Position numbers and translations under genes: made by a program. Under the pieces are notes generated by a model. That model was not told where the DNA came from, made no database searches, and worked only from the letters and a program-made list of their open reading frames with translations. A DNA stretch of 63,714 nt from Octopus bimaculoides (Eukaryota). Position 1 is the first letter of the stretch. The number at the start of each line of letters is the position of its first letter. Of this stretch, positions 10,570 through 22,790 are shown in pieces. Location of the stretch: positions 41,729,418 to 41,793,131 of the forward strand of contig NC_068988.1 of NCBI RefSeq assembly GCF_001194135.2, given 5' to 3'.

Positions 10570-11455
10570 AATATATTATCAATCCAAGGCGGAGAGGTAA
10601 CAGAAACGTTAGCACGCCGGGCGAAATGCTTAGGTATTTCGTTTGTCTTCAAGCTCTGAGTTCAAATTCCGCCGAGGTCGACTTTACCGTTCATCCTTTC
10701 GGGGTCGATAAATTAAGTACCAGTTGCGTACTGGAGTCAATGTAATCGACTTAGTCCCTTTGTCTGTCTTTGTTTGTCCGCTTATGTTTAGCCCCTTTTG
10801 GGCAGTAAAGAATTAAATATATTATCAATCCAAGGCAGAGAGCTGGGCGAACTGCTTGGCGGTATTTCGTTTGTCTTTAGGTCGATAAATTAAGTACCAG
10901 TTGCGTACTGGGGTCGATCTAATCGACTGGTCTCCCTTCCCTAAAATTCGAGCCTTGTACCTAGAGTAGAAAAGAATATATTATCAATCTGATTAAGATG
11001 GCGAGCTGCTAGAATAGTTAGCACGCCACGCAAAATGTTTAGCAGCATTTAGTCCGCCTTCAAGTTTTGAGCCCAAATTCCACCGAAGTCGACATAACCT
11101 TCCATCCTTTGGAGGTTGATAAAATAAGTGCTATATGAACACTGGGACCGATGTACTCGACTTACACCGTTCCTTAAAGTTACTGGCCTTGTGCCAAAAT
11201 TTGAAATTAATATAACAATCCATTGTAAGGCGGCGAGTTGGTAAAATCGCTAGCACGCCGATCAAAATACTATGCGCCATTTCGGCCATTTTCACGTTCA
11301 GCATTCAACTTCCACCAAGGTCAACTTTGCCTTTCATCATTTTGGGGTCGATAAACAAAGTATCAGTTGGGCACCGAAGCCGATGTGATCCACTTAACCC
11401 CTCTTCCGAAATTGCTGGGCTTTTGCCAAATTTGAAACCAATATATAATCAATCC
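10570..11455 (+). mobile_element. Head-to-tail array of four family-A SINEs separated by five copies of a ~16-bp spacer
   Basis: SINEs at ~10586-10815, 10832-10974, 10995-11208, 11227-11439. Spacer AATATATTATCAATCC at 10570 and 10816; variants at 10975, 11209, 11440. Confidence 0.9.
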
Positions 11456-11825
11456 GATTTGGAATTTCCTTCTTCATTTTTTGATTAGAAAATATGGCAG
11501 TATATTCTTCTAAATAGCATTTAAACGCAAGAAATATCGTTATTCTATCGGAATATTTCTGTTGTTAATATAACAGTCCATTGTAAGATCTTTTCTAATG
11601 CTATTTAGATTTACCAACAAAAGTTGTCTGCATTCATTCTTTTCCCATTTTATTTATACCATTCTACACATAAAGCGTATACCTCTCTTAGAATTTTTCA
11701 AAGTTTGTCGTCCGTTAATATCAACACCTTACATTTTATTTTAAATGTACGAGGTAAATTTGTGATCGGTGATAAATATATATGTGTTTGTGTGTACGTG
11801 TTTCTATGTCCGTGTGTGTGTGTGT

Positions 11826-11871
<46 letters not shown>

Positions 11872-12649
11872 NNNNNNNNNNNNNNNNNNNNNNNNNNNNN
11901 NNNNNNNNNNNNNNNNNNNNNNNNNNNNATATATATATATATATATATAAAACCTGGGTATGACTTTAAACTGCATGTATTAGTGAAACCTTGGTACGAG
12001 AGTCCCAAAGTATTGGGGAGTGTGGAACAACATTTTAACCATTATATTGCCCGGTGTACTCTGATATGGAGTAGTATCACTGTTAAAGTCCAAGCTATAT
12101 GTCAACTAGCATGTGAAACGTTGGTAAAGAAAGGCCCCAATTTCCTGTTAGCACTTTCTACTAGGCGAACGTACTCGTAAACTGAAGTGCAGTGGGTTTC
12201 TAGTTGTCTCAACCTCTGCTGTGCCACTGATTTTATAAATTATTCCGGAGAAAAGCGGTCTCTGTGCTATGAAAAACTTTATCCACTCAAAACAAATTCT
12301 CACTCCGGTAGATCTTAAACTTTCGGAATGTTTATATGGAGTTTTGGAAGTTGTCCTACTCGATCATGAGTTGACTTCCTTTATGTGGTGTAACCACAAA
12401 CGTAATTCGCAAGAATTGCTCTCCTAACATCAACATAAAAGAACATCGAAGATATAACAATGAGAGAAAGAAAGGCATGCACCAGCACTTGACTGATACC
12501 TCTTTTCAGCTGAGTAGACTGGAGCTGCATAAAATAAATTGACTGGCTGTAGAATGCAACAAGCCCCTCGTTCCAGGAATCAGGCACACATCGTTAAAGA
12601 CACTCACACGATTAAAGCCATATATATAGTTTCTTTAATCGTAATACTT

Positions 12650-12694
12650 TTCTCACTACTCGAGTCTCATGCCACAGTGATCATCAGACGGGAA
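12650..12694 (-). ncRNA. Decayed minimal hammerhead-like motif (Penelope-like terminal repeat remnant)
   Basis: Minus strand TTCCCGT-CTGATGA-TCACTGTGGCAT-GAGA-C-TCGA-GTA-GTGAGAA. Core, palindromic stem-III loop and GUA triplet are present, but GAAA is GAGA and stem II does not pair. Confidence 0.35.
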
Positions 12695-14379
12695 CTACAA
12701 TAATTCGATATTTCTATTATTCTCATATTCCTTCGTTTGGATATGATATTTTGTTTATGCCTCTTGTCTGTGTCCGTTGGTCTCTCTGGGTGCTCTTTTT
12801 GCTATGTTGTATTTATTAGAGCGTCGTCTGCAATTGTTTGTTTAATTACTTAGTTTCTAATGTTGTTTTATCACGACAGTTTGCTTTGTTTGAAGCGTTT
12901 AAGGGTTTACAAAGTTCTATTTTCTTCTTTATATCTTTTGTTTTTGTTGTTCTACTTTTTAAAGCTTATTTATTGAAAACCATTATTTCTTGCTTCCACA
13001 GTTTCTATTTTTCTTTGGTTCACTGAGCGTATTTTTTATTTATAATATTTACTTGTTCATATGGCTTTTGATTATTATGTTGCTTCTTACATATATATAT
13101 ATATATATATATATANNNNNNNNNNNNNNNNNNNNNNNNNNNNNNNNNNNNNNNNNNNNNNNNNNNNNNNNNNNNNNNNNNNNNNNNNNNNNNNNNNNNN
13201 NNNNNNNNNNNNNNNNNNNNNNNNNNNNNNNNNNNNNNNNNNNNNNNNNNNNNNNNNNNNNNNNNNNNNNNNNNNNNNNNNNNNNNNNNNNNNNNNNNNN
13301 NNNNNNNNNNNNNNNNNNNNNNNNNNNNNNNNNNNNNNNNNNNNNNNNNNNNNNNNNNNNNNNNNNNNNNNNNNNNNNNNNNNNNNNNNNTATATATATA
13401 TATATGAAAATCACTCGCTTTTGTGAAAATGACTATATGCCATTTTGATATTTTTTATCTTCGGTTCGTTAATCAAATTTCCTAAAACCAATTTATGTCC
13501 TAAACAATTTTACATTTTTTCCGCTTTACCAATATACCATTTTATACATTTACTTAATGATTTTGCAATTCTAATTATACGACTACGATGGAGACTATAT
13601 TTCGCTGATGAGGTCAGCAAAAAAGCAAACACATCCTTTGGCCTGTTTTATTAATTTTTAGTTTTTTAGTGTTCCATGTTAACACTAATTTACCTCTTAG
13701 CTTAAAACCTGATATGCATTTTACTAGTAACAGGTTCGAATATTAAAAAATGCCTTGAATGATATAGCGCTGTAAAAAGTCCATTATTATCCGAGAGAGA
13801 TTTCATATATTTCAGTATAGCTTTACTTTCTAGAAGAAATCGATTTTTAAGCTGTGGACGTAAATGGTTTCCAATATAAACATACCTTCAATCAACACTA
13901 TGGTTTTTTTAATATTTTCATCTCGTTATTATAATTTAGTATTTTATCTTTTATATGTTTTAGAACTTATATATAGTGATCCTCACTATTAAAAAATAAT
14001 GATAAATAATGATACACAATAAATAGGTTCAAAGATTTGGTTGCCACCTTGAATGCGTTAGTGTCTAAACAAAAACTGTCTCTTTTCCTGTTCACTTTGG
14101 AACTTATTTTAATAATATTAGGCTGTTTATCTGTGAGTATGTACTAAACAGAAATTAACGGCCTCCCTACCACTCTTCTCTCTCCCTACTCTCTCTGGTT
14201 AGTGTTTACTTTAATAGAGATACGATGCTTGTTGGGGTGTGGTTTTTAAATGTAATATTATACAGGCTGAGGAACTAAATAGGAGCTTTTCCAATTGTCT
14301 ATTTGGTCAGGCATTAAATGTCTGCAAGGATTGTATTAGATTCCACTGTCATATTGAGTAGAGCAAGAGATTTCATGGA

Positions 14380-14580
14380 TACTTTCATATTGACTCTTGT
14401 GGTCTATACTCAGGAAGATTCTAGAGAGTGTGTTTAGTTCTGCTGCTGAGCTACTAGAGGGACAATATGAGGATAGATTCAGGGCTTCATCAAGTCCTAC
14501 TTTGGCACGGAGATACAGATTTTGGAGGATGGGTGAGTGGATTTCTCTGGTGGATATTTTATCGACCCTGCTAATATGAA
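14380..14580 (-). mobile_element. LINE APE-type endonuclease fragment
   Basis: Minus strand reads ...ILQNLYLRAKVGLDEALNLSSYCPSSSSAAELNTLSRIFLSIDH, resembling the YxPPSS segment of APE domains. Confidence 0.4.
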
Positions 14581-16355
14581 GGATGATTAATTTTAATGTT
14601 TACAGATGTGAATTCATGTCCCACGAGCAACCTTCGAATTTTTCGATCCGAAGGGGTTTTAACTCAATATTTATAACTTTAAATGCTTCGAGAGTCACCA
14701 TTCGAAGAAAGAATTATTGATAAACAGAGGAAGTGCAGTAGTTTAAATACATAGAGGTGATATGAAACAAAGATGTTCGGTAAGTCGAGTTTCTTTTTTT
14801 TTTTTCTTACTGTAATTCATCCTATGCTGCGTTGCGCATCGGTCTCTCAGTTGATGTATGTCTCCAGATTGCAAAAGTTTTCTTTAGTTTTTTTTGTTTT
14901 TTTTTTGGTTTGTTAAGCGAATTAATTTTAATGAAAAGAAATCAAATCTTTTATATTATAGAGCATTTTTGAGAGGCTGCCATCCTCATGTAAATGAAAA
15001 TCACCAGAGAGACATGAGCCCATTCTGCACGTCTGCACGTGTGTGTATGTGTGTGTGTGTGAGAGAGAGAGAGAGCAGACAGACAGACAAACAGACAGAC
15101 AGACAAACAGACAAACAGACACATTGGAAACCGAGCAGACAAAAAGACAGACAAATAGACGGAGACTGATAGACAAACAAATAGGCGGAGAGGCAAATAG
15201 ACAGACAAGCAAAGGTAGGATAGAACGGTAGAGAAAGAAAACGATTCCAACATTGTTTGCTACTTTATTTTATTGATTCTGAGACGATGAAAAGTAAATG
15301 CGGCCTTAAGGGAACCTCAACTCAGGATGCAAAGAGCTAGAATAAATGCCGCAGATTTTTTATCCGACACTCTCACGTTTCTGCCCATAGAATGGTAATT
15401 CCACTTCCTCTTAGAATATTTGTTCACGACTCAGATTCTCATAAGTTTTATTCGATTCTGTATTTTGCTTTAGAAATCACAAATCACATTCTTTTGAATG
15501 AAATGGTGAGGAATTTCGAGAGGAATATTTATCCAATAGATTGGACTAATCCAGTTTCAAAAGCAGCTGATACATTCTTCCATAGATCATGGGACGTTGT
15601 TTCTGATACTTGAGTTTACCGTTATTAAAACGGCTGATAGATTTCGATTATATGTTTATCTCTGTACGATAGGAAGCATGCGTGAGTGTATGTGTGTGTG
15701 TGCATGTGTGTATGTGTGTGCGTGTGCATCTTCATATCTCAGGCAACGATGAGTGTGTTCACAACAGTCTTTGATTCTGTATATATCTGCGTGTATGTAT
15801 GCGTGCACATTGCACTATGTTTGGTGTATTAGTTTTATTTTCAGAGCATATGTGTTTATTTGCGTATGTGTATGTGTGTATGTATGTGCGTTTGTGTGTG
15901 TGCACAAGTTAGAGATTCAGATTGTGAATATGTGCTTATGCTGTGTGAATGTATGCACATATATAAATATACTTACATATACATGTATGCGTGTATGTAT
16001 ATATATATATATATATNNNNNNNNNNNNNNNNNNNNNNNNNNNNNNNNNNNNNNNNNNNNNNNNNNNNNNNNNNNNNNNNNNNNNNNNNNNNNNNNNNNN
16101 NNNNNNNNNNNNNNNNNNNNNNNNNNNNNNNNNNNNNNNNNNNNNNNNNNNNNNNNNNNNNNNNNNNNNNNNNNNNNNNNNNNNNNNNNNNNNNNNNNNN
16201 NNNNNNNNNNNNNNNNNNNNNNNNNNNNNNNNNNNNNNNNNNNNNNNNNNNNNNNNNNNNNNNNNNNNNNNNNNNNNNNNNNNNNNNNNNNNNNNNNNNN
16301 NNNNNNNNNNNTATATATATGTAAATATATATATATATATGTATAAATATATATG

Positions 16356-16386
<31 letters not shown>

Positions 16387-16539
16387 ATATATATATTTAT
16401 ATATATGTGCATGTGTGTGTATATATATGCTGGTGAATAGTATTAGAGTGTAGACCACCAAGTGATCAAATCAATCCTATCAATTGATTGTTGTTAAGAA
16501 CACAACACAACGTCATAAACATTTGGAGCTAGCATTGGA

Positions 16540-17085
16540 GAGTAGAAGGGAAGGTGCAAAGGAAGGGGTGTTAGTTGGAGTGTAGTGAAGTGTTGGAGTG
16601 AACCGAGGCAAGGACGTGGCTGATACGAAAGAAATAACACAACGCTAGAGTAATGAAGTAATAATAGTAAAGACTTGGTGAAGGCGGTTTGAGAGAGTTG
16701 GAATATAGAAGCAAATACGGGGAGTGATGAGCCTGATATGACAACTTCAAGTGTGATTAGATGAAGAGAGGTCGCATTTAGGGTTGCCTTGCTGTTGGGG
16801 GTGGTAGCGTGAAATGAGGCTGTACTAAGTGGTGAGTCTGACAGAGAGAAAGTGGTGATATGTAGTGAGGCAGTGTTGAGAAAGGTCTTGTAGTGCTGGA
16901 GTGATGGAGTGACGTAATATAGTGGAGGAGAATTTGAGTGAGATAAGGCAGTTTCAGAAAGGTAAAGTGGAGTGAGGGGTAGCTGGAGTAAAGTGTGTCT
17001 ATACTGCGGTGGTGGACAGAATTCAGGCAGTTCTGGATTGGTGGATTAAAGCATGGCTACGATAGAATAGTGGAGTAAAAATATG
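16540..17085. repeat. Degenerate strand-biased purine/G-rich cryptic satellite
   Basis: C-poor + strand with about 7 TGGAGT copies and many AGTG/GTGA words. Confidence 0.55.
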
Positions 17086-17419
17086 TATATTCTATGATAG
17101 AGGTGTCTGTGTGCGTGCGTGTGTGTGTGTGTGCGAATGAAAATGGTGAAGCGAATATTTGTTCTAGCTTTCCAAACCCACTGATCCATGAGAACTGCTT
17201 CAGAACATCAAAGACATTCCAGTCGATATGTTTGCAGAAGGTTTCTGATGTTAGCCTCTATTCCACAAATATAAACATACGCATATATACATACACACAA
17301 TTATAAAAGCGTACAAGCAATAACATGTGTACACGCCAACATATACATGTGTGTGTATCTGCGTGTGTGTATGTGCGTATTTCTGTATGCTTACAAATCT
17401 CTGTCTAATCCTGTGTGAG

Positions 17420-17496
<77 letters not shown>

Positions 17497-17742
17497 ATAT
17501 ATATATTTACATGTATGTATGTATGTATAAACATGTACGTATAGACATGGGCATATCTCTCAACGGGTACACATACATACACATGCACACACAGAGATAT
17601 ATAATTAACATAATTTGCTACATAATTGTTTTATTGTTTTAATAAGTGAAATACATATTTATCGACATTTAGGTCCACACAGAGAAAAACACACGCGCGC
17701 GCACACACACACACACACTAGCGGGTATACATATGTAAATAA

Positions 17743-17778
<36 letters not shown>

Positions 17779-18276
17779 AGGAAAGGAAAGGAAAGGAAGG
17801 AAGGAAAGAAACTGGATGCTTTTCTCAGCATACTTTTTGCACTGTTATTAATTTCACGCACCGGAAGTTTTTGGAAGCATGTGTAGGCCACAGACTTTAA
17901 AAAAGTAGATGTAGTTATTACCGTAACCGTGTTGGCTACGGTTTCACACGCATCGGCAACGATGAAGTTTGAACACTATCGTGGCGTCCTTGTTCGTGAT
18001 GGTAGGTGATACGGACAGAGTTGCTTTAATTGTGTGAAAACAATGAATCGGAGACAATGTGCCTTCCTGTAAAGACAGTGGGGGTTAGAGGTTTCGTAGG
18101 AACAAGGATTCACTGAGCGCTCAGACGTCTTGGACAAACTGCGAAGATGAAAAATGGTGCTTAGTTAAAGTACCATAAAAGCATGAATCTATTAGTAGCT
18201 CTTTTGGTTATGTAGTAAATAGAAATTTATTACTCACTGGATTGAGTACTTTTTCTTGAATTTACTTATACTCTGG

Positions 18277-18334
<58 letters not shown>

Positions 18335-18680
18335 GTCTGTCTGTCTAAATACCAGTGTACTACACAAGCACCTGCTTCGCTAAAAATAGAAGTCAAAGAC
18401 TTCTAAGCCACAGAAGATTCACAAAATTAATACAGGTATGATAGGAAGAAAAAAAAAATTAGTAAACAAGAATAGCGTCCTACCTCCGTCAAGGATGCAT
18501 AATTTCGAATTTAGCGCCAAAGGATCCTGAATTTCATCAGTCAAATCTGCTTGGGACGACTACCAGAATTTGCCCCAACGATGCCTGTAAATTCATTTGA
18601 GTGGTCGAACACCATTGAAACAAACGAATTCAATGAAATTACTTATAAATAAATATAAGAACGATACTGTTCTTAAAGAT

Positions 18681-18909
18681 AATATCGTTGGTGGCCGCAA
18701 GAGTACAGCCGTATAGGCAAATTATGCCTGTATTAATTTTGTGCTTCTTCTGTAGCTCAGAAGTATTTTGACTTCTATTTTTAGCGAAGCATATGCTTCT
18801 GTAGTACCCTCACACACCCACACACACATATATATATATTATATATTTATATTAGATATATTTATTAATTTGTTTATATGGCTGTACGCTCGCGGCTACC
18901 AACGATATT
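18681..18909. mobile_element. MITE-like element with 34-bp terminal inverted repeats
   Basis: 18681-18714 AATATCGTTGGTGGCCGCAAGAGTACAGCCGTAT versus 18876-18909; 30/34 identical after reverse-complementing. Confidence 0.65.
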
Positions 18910-18980
18910 ATTTTTGGGGGATATTATCGTTGCCCTTTATTTAAATATAAACGAATATATATATATATATACATATATCA

Positions 18981-19025
18981 CGGCGGTGCATCAGCATGGC
19001 CGCAGCTCTAAGCTGAAATTATAAA
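18981..19025 (+). mobile_element. Isolated 3' tail shared by the CR1-group LINE and family-B SINE
   Basis: GGCGGTGCATCAGCATGGCCGCAGCTCTAAGCTGAAA matches the reverse complement of the tail at 26897-26935. Confidence 0.7.
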
Positions 19026-19258
19026 CAAACAAACATATATATTCGAAAACGGAAAGTTTATATAATTTTTAAAAAAAACGTATTGTAAATAAACAAACGA
19101 ACATATATTAAACACACAGATTAACAGAAAATACAGAAGGTCACCAACTCCTCATCAGTTATCTGCCAGAGGGTCAAACGCAATTTCGGCCATTTTCGAT
19201 ATTATTGCTTCCCCATACATATATACATACATACATACATACATACATACATAAACAC

Positions 19259-19293
<35 letters not shown>

Positions 19294-19302
19294 ATGTGTA
19301 TG

Positions 19303-19333
<31 letters not shown>

Positions 19334-19529
19334 ATATATATATATATTGTGTGTGTGTGTATGTGTGTACACACGTTTATGAACATCTACACCCGCACAC
19401 ATAAACACTCATATATATATATTCATGTATACACATGCACGCACACATATAAATAATATATGCGCACACACGCACGCATACACACCCACACATACACACA
19501 GATATACATCTATGAGAGACAGTCCCACT

Positions 19530-19690
19530 ATTTCGTTGTAAGGTAATCCAGACGTTCGATCTAATGGACGACTTACTGATTGAATTAGCATTCGAAGTGG
19601 TTGAGTATTCCCAGGACTAATGTATCCTTCACCTAACTCTCAGAGAGATCAAGGCTGGACCTTCGAATTACAGGTAGAAACAATCTGACA
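19530..19690 (-). mobile_element. Degenerate family-C SINE 3' half
   Basis: Contains CCAGACGTTCGATC...GGTTGAGTATTCC...AAGGCTGGACCTTCGAATTACAGGTA, similar to the copies at 46403 and 49005. Confidence 0.55.
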
Positions 19691-21559
19691 GTTTTCTACT
19701 CAGTTTCTCTTATATCTATGTTACACAAAGCTCAAAAGCGCTTGTCGGAGATGCTCTGGTGTGCGATTGATCCTGAGATGTCATAAGTGTAAAACAAATT
19801 TCTTAACCACTCAGCAACGACTGCATCAAGTTATGTATGTGTGTGCATGTGTGTGAGTGAGTGTGTGAGAGTGTGTGTGTCTGAATATGTGCGTGTGTAT
19901 GTGTGCAGGTACATGCAGGTACATATGTATATTATTATATTTAACATACATTAATGCAGGCCTATATACACATAAACGCAAATTCGTACATGTACACAAC
20001 AATGTATATATTACATAAATATATGCACGAATATGTATAGAAATGCATCTCCTTATATACTCTTGATTGCCAATATCTGCCACAACCACCAACACCACCA
20101 CTATCATCACCACCACTGCTATTTCTAGCATCACCTGTATCACTACCACCATGTTGACGACCAAGAACTTCTAATGATGCCGCCACCACTATCAGACATA
20201 AAATAAAAAACTAGCTAAAAAGTAATGGAAGAATTTAAACTAAGTAAAAATATAGATCAACAACCGTAATGTCTCAAAAAAAATTAATACAAAAATACAA
20301 CTGCCTCCTCCTCTCCATAAAGAAATTACAATGGCTGGTTTACCGGAAATGAAAAGTTGAACGGAAATGGCTAGATTTAATGATAGTTGGACTAAAATGA
20401 ATGATGTATAAAATCACATCACATCACACAAACACACAAACACACACAGACGTGCATACATCCATTCACATGGATCCATGTTTGCATGTGTGTATGTATG
20501 CCTGAATGTAAGTATGTATGTATGTTTGTATGTATCTTTCTATATACCTATGTGTGTATTTTATGGCAAGAGATAATGGTCGTAGATTGGTTTCGTTAAG
20601 TCCTTACACAGCAGGAGCGCTCCAATCGATGAATTTCACAGGATAAAACGACAGAAATGCAGACAACAAACCGGCGATGAAAGGATCGTATCCTATGTCA
20701 CCGTAGACAACAGTTATTTCTGATTTAGTGGAATTTTAAAATGCTAATTTTCATATCATGTCATTTTCTTCGTAGATAATGTCAGGATATTACAGCGTGT
20801 ATATATATATATATATATATATNNNNNNNNNNNNNNNNNNNNNNNNNNNNNNNNNNNNNNNNNNNNNNNNNNNNNNNNNNNNNNNNNNNNNNNNNNNNNN
20901 NNNNNNNNNNNNNNNNNNNNNNNNNNNNNNNNNNNNNNNNNNNNNNNNNNNNNNNNNNNNNNNNNNNNNNNNNNNNNNNNNNNNNNNNNNNNNNNNNNNN
21001 NNNNNNNNNNNNNNNNNNNNNNNNNNNNNNNNNNNNNNNNNNNNNNNNNNNNNNNNNNNNNNNNNNNNNNNNNNNNNNNNNNNNNNNNNNNNNNNNNNNN
21101 NNNNNNNNNNNNNNNNNNNNNNNNNNNNNNNNNNNNNNNNNNNNNNNNNNNNNNNNNNNNNNNNNNNNNNNNNNNNNNNNNNNNNNNNNNNNNNNNNNNN
21201 NNNNNNNNNNNNNNNNNNNNNNNNNNNNNNNNNNNNNNNNNNNNNNNNNNNNNNNNNNNNNNNNNNNNNNNNNNNNNNNNNNNNNNNNNNNNNNNNNNNN
21301 NNNNNNNNNNNNNNNNNNNNNNNNNNNNNNNNNNNNNNNNNNNNNNNNNNNNNNNNNNNNNNNNNNNNNNNNNNNNNNNNNNNNNNNNNNNNNNNNNNNN
21401 NNNNNNNNNNNNNNNNNNNNNNNNNNNNNNNNNNNNNNNNNNNNNNNNNNNNNNNNNNNNNNNNNNNNNNNNNNNNNNNNNNNNNNNNNNNNNNNNNNNN
21501 NNNNNNNNNNNNNATATACATACATACATACATATATCTGTGTGTACGTATGTATGGGT

Positions 21560-21740
21560 GTAATAGGGAGAATTCACAAGAAAAAACAAAAGACGAAGAC
21601 AGGTGGTGAAGAAAACAAACAAATGTATTAGTATAACGCTCGGGAATTGAAAAAGTCTTTAACGTTTCGAGCCTATGCTCTTCCACAGAAAGGAACTCAG
21701 AAAGAAACAAGCAGAGAAACAAGCAGAGAAAAAATGTGTG
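21560..21740 (-). mobile_element. Penelope-like terminal-repeat-type element, copy 1
   Basis: Closely similar to 29741-29915 (GGGAGAATT...GACAGGTGGTG...GTATTAGT.TAACGCTCGGGAA...AAGTCTTTAACGTTTCGAGC); carries a hammerhead-like motif. PLE assignment is inferred from that motif. Confidence 0.6.
21656..21693 (-). ncRNA. Minimal type-I hammerhead ribozyme-like motif (core CUGUGGA)
   Basis: Minus strand CCTTT-CTGTGGA-A-GAGC-ATAG-GCTC-GAAA-C-GT-T-AAAGA. Confidence 0.5.
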
Positions 21741-22024
21741 TAGTGGTTAGCGATCTATCATGGTGAACGCCGGACAGAAGGGTCACACAGGAGAGTTAAG
21801 AAGAAGAGGAGATAACAAAGTAGTAGTGATCCCAAAACGAAGGTGCGTGTGCGTGTAAGAGAGTACGTATGTGCGTGTAAAAGAGGGCTGGTGATCTTGA
21901 CGTGTACGTGTGTGTATGTGTATGTGTACGTGTGTGTATGTGAAAATGTGGGGATGGGAATTGGTCAGTGCTGGTGTGTGCGTGGTGGTGTGTTGTGATG
22001 TGATGTGTTGTGTGGTATAGTGTA

Positions 22025-22085
<61 letters not shown>

Positions 22086-22249
22086 TATACATATAAATAT
22101 ATTGACCGACAGACCGACAGGATTTCACTGGCATAGCAAAAGTGGTGTGAGGGATCTATGGATCACGGGGCACAAAGTGCTATCTGCGTCTGTGTGTAAA
22201 TATTTTTACCCTTTTGATGGTTTTCAGCATTAGACTGCAACCATACCGG

Positions 22250-22790
22250 ATAACTATGTTCAAGACTGTAGTCAACGAAATCTGTCCACTGCGCTTCATT
22301 GACTTCTTGAGCGGCGAACTGGACCTGGACAGTCATGAATCACTATTTCACACAGTATGCGATCACATATGCCATTTTGAGGCACATTTATATCTGAAAA
22401 TAGCATTATTCGACATTGCACCCATATTATAAGGTTGATCTGGCCCAAGGTGAGGACAGACAGAAAATGAAAAGTCCAGGAGGCAACGGATACAGTAAAG
22501 GAAAGCCTTACTATCAGAGAAATAATGGGACACACTCAGGTCAATAAGCATGGTCTGGGCGTAACAAAAATGGAAAGATGGTCAGAGACCAAGGAAAGAT
22601 AAGTAAAGGTCTGATTTTAGAAAAGGAAGAAGATGCAATACGAATCCTGAAGATAGTACAGTAGAGCCAACAGGACCAGTGGATGGCGTGGGAAGGTGCA
22701 CTCCAGAAGTGTCTCAGCTGGATCGACCTGTGGCATATGGCACTTCTGAGAATACCTTTTATCTTCAGATCTGAGTTTCTAACCACTACA
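22250..22790 (+). mobile_element. HERO-like (RLE-type) non-LTR retrotransposon fragment
   Basis: WPKVRTDRK*KVQEATDTVKESLTIREIMGHTQVNKHGLG, then in another frame KIVQ*SQQDQWMAWEGALQKCLSWIDLWHM. Matches the recalled TGRKW...GxVQxGRxGLG and QQGxWxxWE...SWxDLW motifs. Confidence 0.75.

Noticed and set aside
10570-11455. CRISPR-like repeat-spacer appearance
   Set aside because: The spacers are homologous SINEs of 140-230 bp in a eukaryotic context with no cas genes; reported as a SINE array instead.
13570-13760. LRWRLYFADEVSKKANTSFGLF resembling a post-RT LINE motif
   Set aside because: Only one short motif matches, and the surrounding frames are full of stops.
20330-20640. ETS-like CCGGAAAT and inverted CCAAT motifs suggesting a promoter
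   Set aside because: Short motifs expected by chance; no CpG island or other support.
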